Assembly: GCA_036522615.1 (NCBI GenBank)
Contig: DATDFN010000168.1
Coordinates: 1 to 48,936, forward strand
DNA from: Candidatus Binatia bacterium
Lineage (GTDB): Bacteria > Desulfobacterota > Binatia > UBA9968
Reading direction: 5' to 3'
Length of the DNA: 48,936 bases
A model generated the notes under the pieces. It was not told where the DNA came from, ran no database searches, and saw only the letters and a program-made list of their open reading frames with translations. Numbering within the stretch: the first letter of the stretch is position 1; each line of letters opens with the position of its first letter. Shown here piece after piece: positions 44,037-48,936 of this stretch. The translations under genes and the position numbers were made by a program.

Positions 44037-44759
44037 ATGCTTATTCTCGGTATCGACACGGCGACCACCGCCGCGAGCGCCGCGCTCGTTGAAGAGAGTA
44101 GGATCGTGCGCGAGGCCACGGGCGGCGCCGGCGGCAACGGCGCCGGCGCCGCGCGCGGCAATCACGCCGCGATCCTGCTGCCGCTGATCGACGATTTGCT
44201 GCGCGAAGCGAATATCGCCCTGTCCGACGTCGGCGCTTTCGCGGTCGCGCTCGGACCGGGCTCCTTCACCGGGCTTCGCATCGGGCTCGCGACCGTCAAG
44301 GGGCTCGTCTACGGATCGAACGCGCCGGTCATCGGCGTGCCGACGCTCCACGCCGTCGCGGCGCGCGTCGACGACCACGAGGGCTTCGTCTGCCCGTTTC
44401 TCGACGCGCGGAAGAAAGAGGTCTACGCCGCGTTGTTTCGCCGCGAGGGATCTCGCCTCGAGCGCGTGAGCGACGATGTCGTCGCGGCGCCTGTGGCGGT
44501 TCTCGACGCCGCGCGGCGTCGGATCGGCTCCGCGCGCTGCCTCTTCATCGGCGACGCGATCGTAACCTATGAAGCTATCGTGAAGCAGGCGCTGGGAGCG
44601 CAGGCGCTTTCGACGCTCGGCGCCGGTTATCCGTCGACGGCGGCCGCCGTCGCCCGCATCGCCGAGGAGAAGCTCAGGCGCGGCGACTACGATGCGGTCG
44701 GTCCGCTCGCGCCGATCTATCTTCGGCCTTCGGAAGCGGAGCTGAAAAAGCCGCTCTAG
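44037..44759 (+). CDS. tsaB: tRNA N6-threonylcarbamoyladenosine biosynthesis protein TsaB
   Basis: MLILGIDTATT and VALGPGSFTGLRIGLATVKGL motifs, at a typical ~230-aa length. Confidence 0.85.
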   Translation: MLILGIDTATTAASAALVEESRIVREATGGAGGNGAGAARGNHAAILLPLIDDLLREANIALSDVGAFAVALGPGSFTGLRIGLATVKGLVYGSNAPVIGVPTLHAVAARVDDHEGFVCPFLDARKKEVYAALFRREGSRLERVSDDVVAAPVAVLDAARRRIGSARCLFIGDAIVTYEAIVKQALGAQALSTLGAGYPSTAAAVARIAEEKLRRGDYDAVGPLAPIYLRPSEAELKKPL

Positions 44760-44829
44760 CGCGAAATGCTTTACACTTCTCTTTGTGCAGTAATGACAAG
44801 TGACGGGCTTGCTGATACTGTCTTTCACC

Positions 44830-46341
44830 ATGTTGTCTGACGCGAGAGCTTTTGTCTTCGCGGCGCTCATGGCGCTGCTGTTTATTGCCACGGCGGCGGA
44901 GGCGCAGGATTCCGTCCGCGATCTCGTCGTGAAGATTCACACGACGCGCCGCGAGCCCGATCTCGTGCGGCCGTGGACGAGGCAGAATCCCGTCAATGTC
45001 AGCGGTTCGGGCATCGTCATCGACGGCAAGCGCATTCTCACCAACGCCCACATGGTGCAGAACGCAAGCCAGATTTACGTGCAGCCGAACCAGTCGGCGG
45101 AGAAGTACCTCGCGCGCGTCGTCGCCATCGCCGAGCCGGTCGATCTCGCCATCCTCAGCGTCGACGACGAGGCTTTTTTCGACAAGCGCGCGTTCCTCGA
45201 ATTCGGCGACGACCTGCCGCGCGTGAAGGACGCGGTCAGCGTCTACGGCTTTCCGACCGGCGGCACCGAGCTGTCGGTGACCGAAGGCATCGTCTCGCGC
45301 ATCGAGTTCACCGGCTTCTATCAGTTCACGCAGGGGCTCCGCATCCAGGTGGACGCGGCGCTCAACCCCGGCAACAGCGGCGGCCCTGTGGTCTCGCGCG
45401 GCAAGCTCGTCGGCATCGTCTTCAGCAATATTCCGAATGCGCAGAGCATCGGCTACGTCATCCCGATCGAGGAGGTCCGGCTTTTTCTCGACGACATCGC
45501 CGACGGCTCGTACGACGGCAAGCCGCAGCTTCACGACCGCTTCCAGACCGTCGAAAACGACGCGCTGAGAAAACGGCTCGGGCTGCCGAAGGGCGTCGGC
45601 GGCCTGATGGTGGCCGAGCCGTACCGCAGCGATCCCAACTACGCGTTGAAGGAATGGGACGTGATCACGGCGATCGGCGGCAAGACGATCGACAGCGACG
45701 GCAAGGTGAGCGTGCGCTACGATCTGCGCCTGTCGGCGCTCTACTTAGTGCAGAAATACGCGAAGGACGGCATGCTCGACGTCACGATCGAGCGTGGCGG
45801 CGCGCCGCTTCAGATACGCATTCCCGTCGCGCGCCAGCGCGAGCTCGTCGTGCCGTATCTCAGGAACAAGAGCCCGCGCTATTTCATCTACGGCCCGCTG
45901 GTCTTCTGCCCCGCGACGCAGGAATACATCGAGAAGCTCGGGAGCCAGTGGGAGCTGTTTCACACGCGCGCGGGCAACCCGCTGATCCTGAGGCGATTCG
46001 ACAAGCCCGCGTTTCCCGGCGAGGAGATGGTGATCGTGTGTTCGCCCATGCTGCCGCACCCGATCACGAAGGGCTACGACGACCCCAATAACTACGTCGT
46101 GAGCGAAGTGGACGGCGTGCAGATCAAGAATCTAAAGCAAATGGTCGAGGTGCTGCGCGACGGGAAGAGCCCTGAGGTCACGTTCAAGTTCGCCAGGATG
46201 ACGAACCGCAACCGCGAAAACATGGTCTTCAACCGCCGCGCGACGATCGCGGCGACCGAAGACCTGCTGAAAGATTTCGGAATACGATATCAGTTCTCGG
46301 AAGATTTAAGGCCCGTCTGGGAAGTGGCGCAGAAGCACTAG
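44830..46341 (+). CDS. secreted trypsin-fold serine protease (S1C/DegP-like) with long C-terminal PDZ-like region
   Basis: Signal peptide MLSDARAFVFAALMALLFIATAAEA. Catalytic triad contexts are TNAHMV (His), DLAILSV (Asp) and GNSGGPV (Ser). ATG 44830 is preferred to the track's GTG 44800. Confidence 0.85.
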   Translation: MLSDARAFVFAALMALLFIATAAEAQDSVRDLVVKIHTTRREPDLVRPWTRQNPVNVSGSGIVIDGKRILTNAHMVQNASQIYVQPNQSAEKYLARVVAIAEPVDLAILSVDDEAFFDKRAFLEFGDDLPRVKDAVSVYGFPTGGTELSVTEGIVSRIEFTGFYQFTQGLRIQVDAALNPGNSGGPVVSRGKLVGIVFSNIPNAQSIGYVIPIEEVRLFLDDIADGSYDGKPQLHDRFQTVENDALRKRLGLPKGVGGLMVAEPYRSDPNYALKEWDVITAIGGKTIDSDGKVSVRYDLRLSALYLVQKYAKDGMLDVTIERGGAPLQIRIPVARQRELVVPYLRNKSPRYFIYGPLVFCPATQEYIEKLGSQWELFHTRAGNPLILRRFDKPAFPGEEMVIVCSPMLPHPITKGYDDPNNYVVSEVDGVQIKNLKQMVEVLRDGKSPEVTFKFARMTNRNRENMVFNRRATIAATEDLLKDFGIRYQFSEDLRPVWEVAQKH

Positions 46342-46342
46342 C

Positions 46343-46396
46343 AGTGCTGAGTTCTGGGTGCTGAGAGCCAGTGCTCTCAGCACTCAATCCTCAGCA

Positions 46397-46405
<9 letters not shown>
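46343..46405. terminator. nested-hairpin intrinsic terminator between the convergent protease and acnA genes
   Basis: Inner perfect 11-bp stem GTGCTGAGAGC(46358-46368)/GCTCTCAGCAC(46373-46383) with loop CAGT. Outer 9-bp stem AGTGCTGAG(46343-46351)/CTCAGCACT(46390-46398). ATTTTT follows on the plus strand. Confidence 0.6.

Positions 46406-48936
<2,531 letters not shown>

Overview
High-GC bacterial chromosomal segment (roughly mid-60s % GC by eye, not computed) from a diderm organism; taxon not determinable from the sequence. It is densely coding, with about 50 protein genes and one tRNA. I saw no CRISPR array, transposase, integrase, phage genes or rRNA. Most of the window is conserved housekeeping. 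(1) 1.5-7.0 kb: a one-carbon operon folD-gcvT-gcvH-gcvPA-gcvPB. (2) 25.6-28.1 kb: pgk-tpiA-secG-tRNA-Leu(GAG) on the minus strand. (3) 28.1-33.3 kb: a complete tol-pal cluster, tolQ-tolR-tolA-tolB-pal-cpoB. (4) 33.4-46.3 kb: ribF, rluD, rho, then rpsB-tsf-pyrH-frr-uppS-cdsA-dxr-rseP, tsaB and a secreted S1 protease. (5) 46.4 kb to the end: a 5'-truncated acnA on the minus strand. Two accessory-looking blocks interrupt this. Block A (7.0-15.0 kb) holds a LysR regulator, a TonB-like protein and a cobalt-type nitrile-hydratase-family enzyme whose beta subunit is encoded as two small ORFs. This resembles the three-subunit architecture of toyocamycin nitrile hydratase and thiocyanate hydrolase. The same operon carries a PF04909-type amidohydrolase/decarboxylase. 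A divergent adenine-deaminase-family gene, a bactofilin and an orphan UbiD-family decarboxylase follow. Block B (15.0-25.6 kb) is a glycan-assembly locus with a priming polyprenyl-phosphate sugar transferase, two paralogous GT4s, a GT2, a GT26 and a NodB deacetylase. It also has a stand-alone adenylating enzyme plus carrier protein, an ATP-grasp ligase and an alpha/beta-hydrolase-fold protein, but no flippase, polymerase or export genes in the window. These two blocks are the best candidates for uncharacterised biology. All functional calls rest on motif and family recognition in the translations, not on database searches. Many long ORFs in the six-frame track are Arg/Ala-rich antisense shadows of real genes and were discarded.
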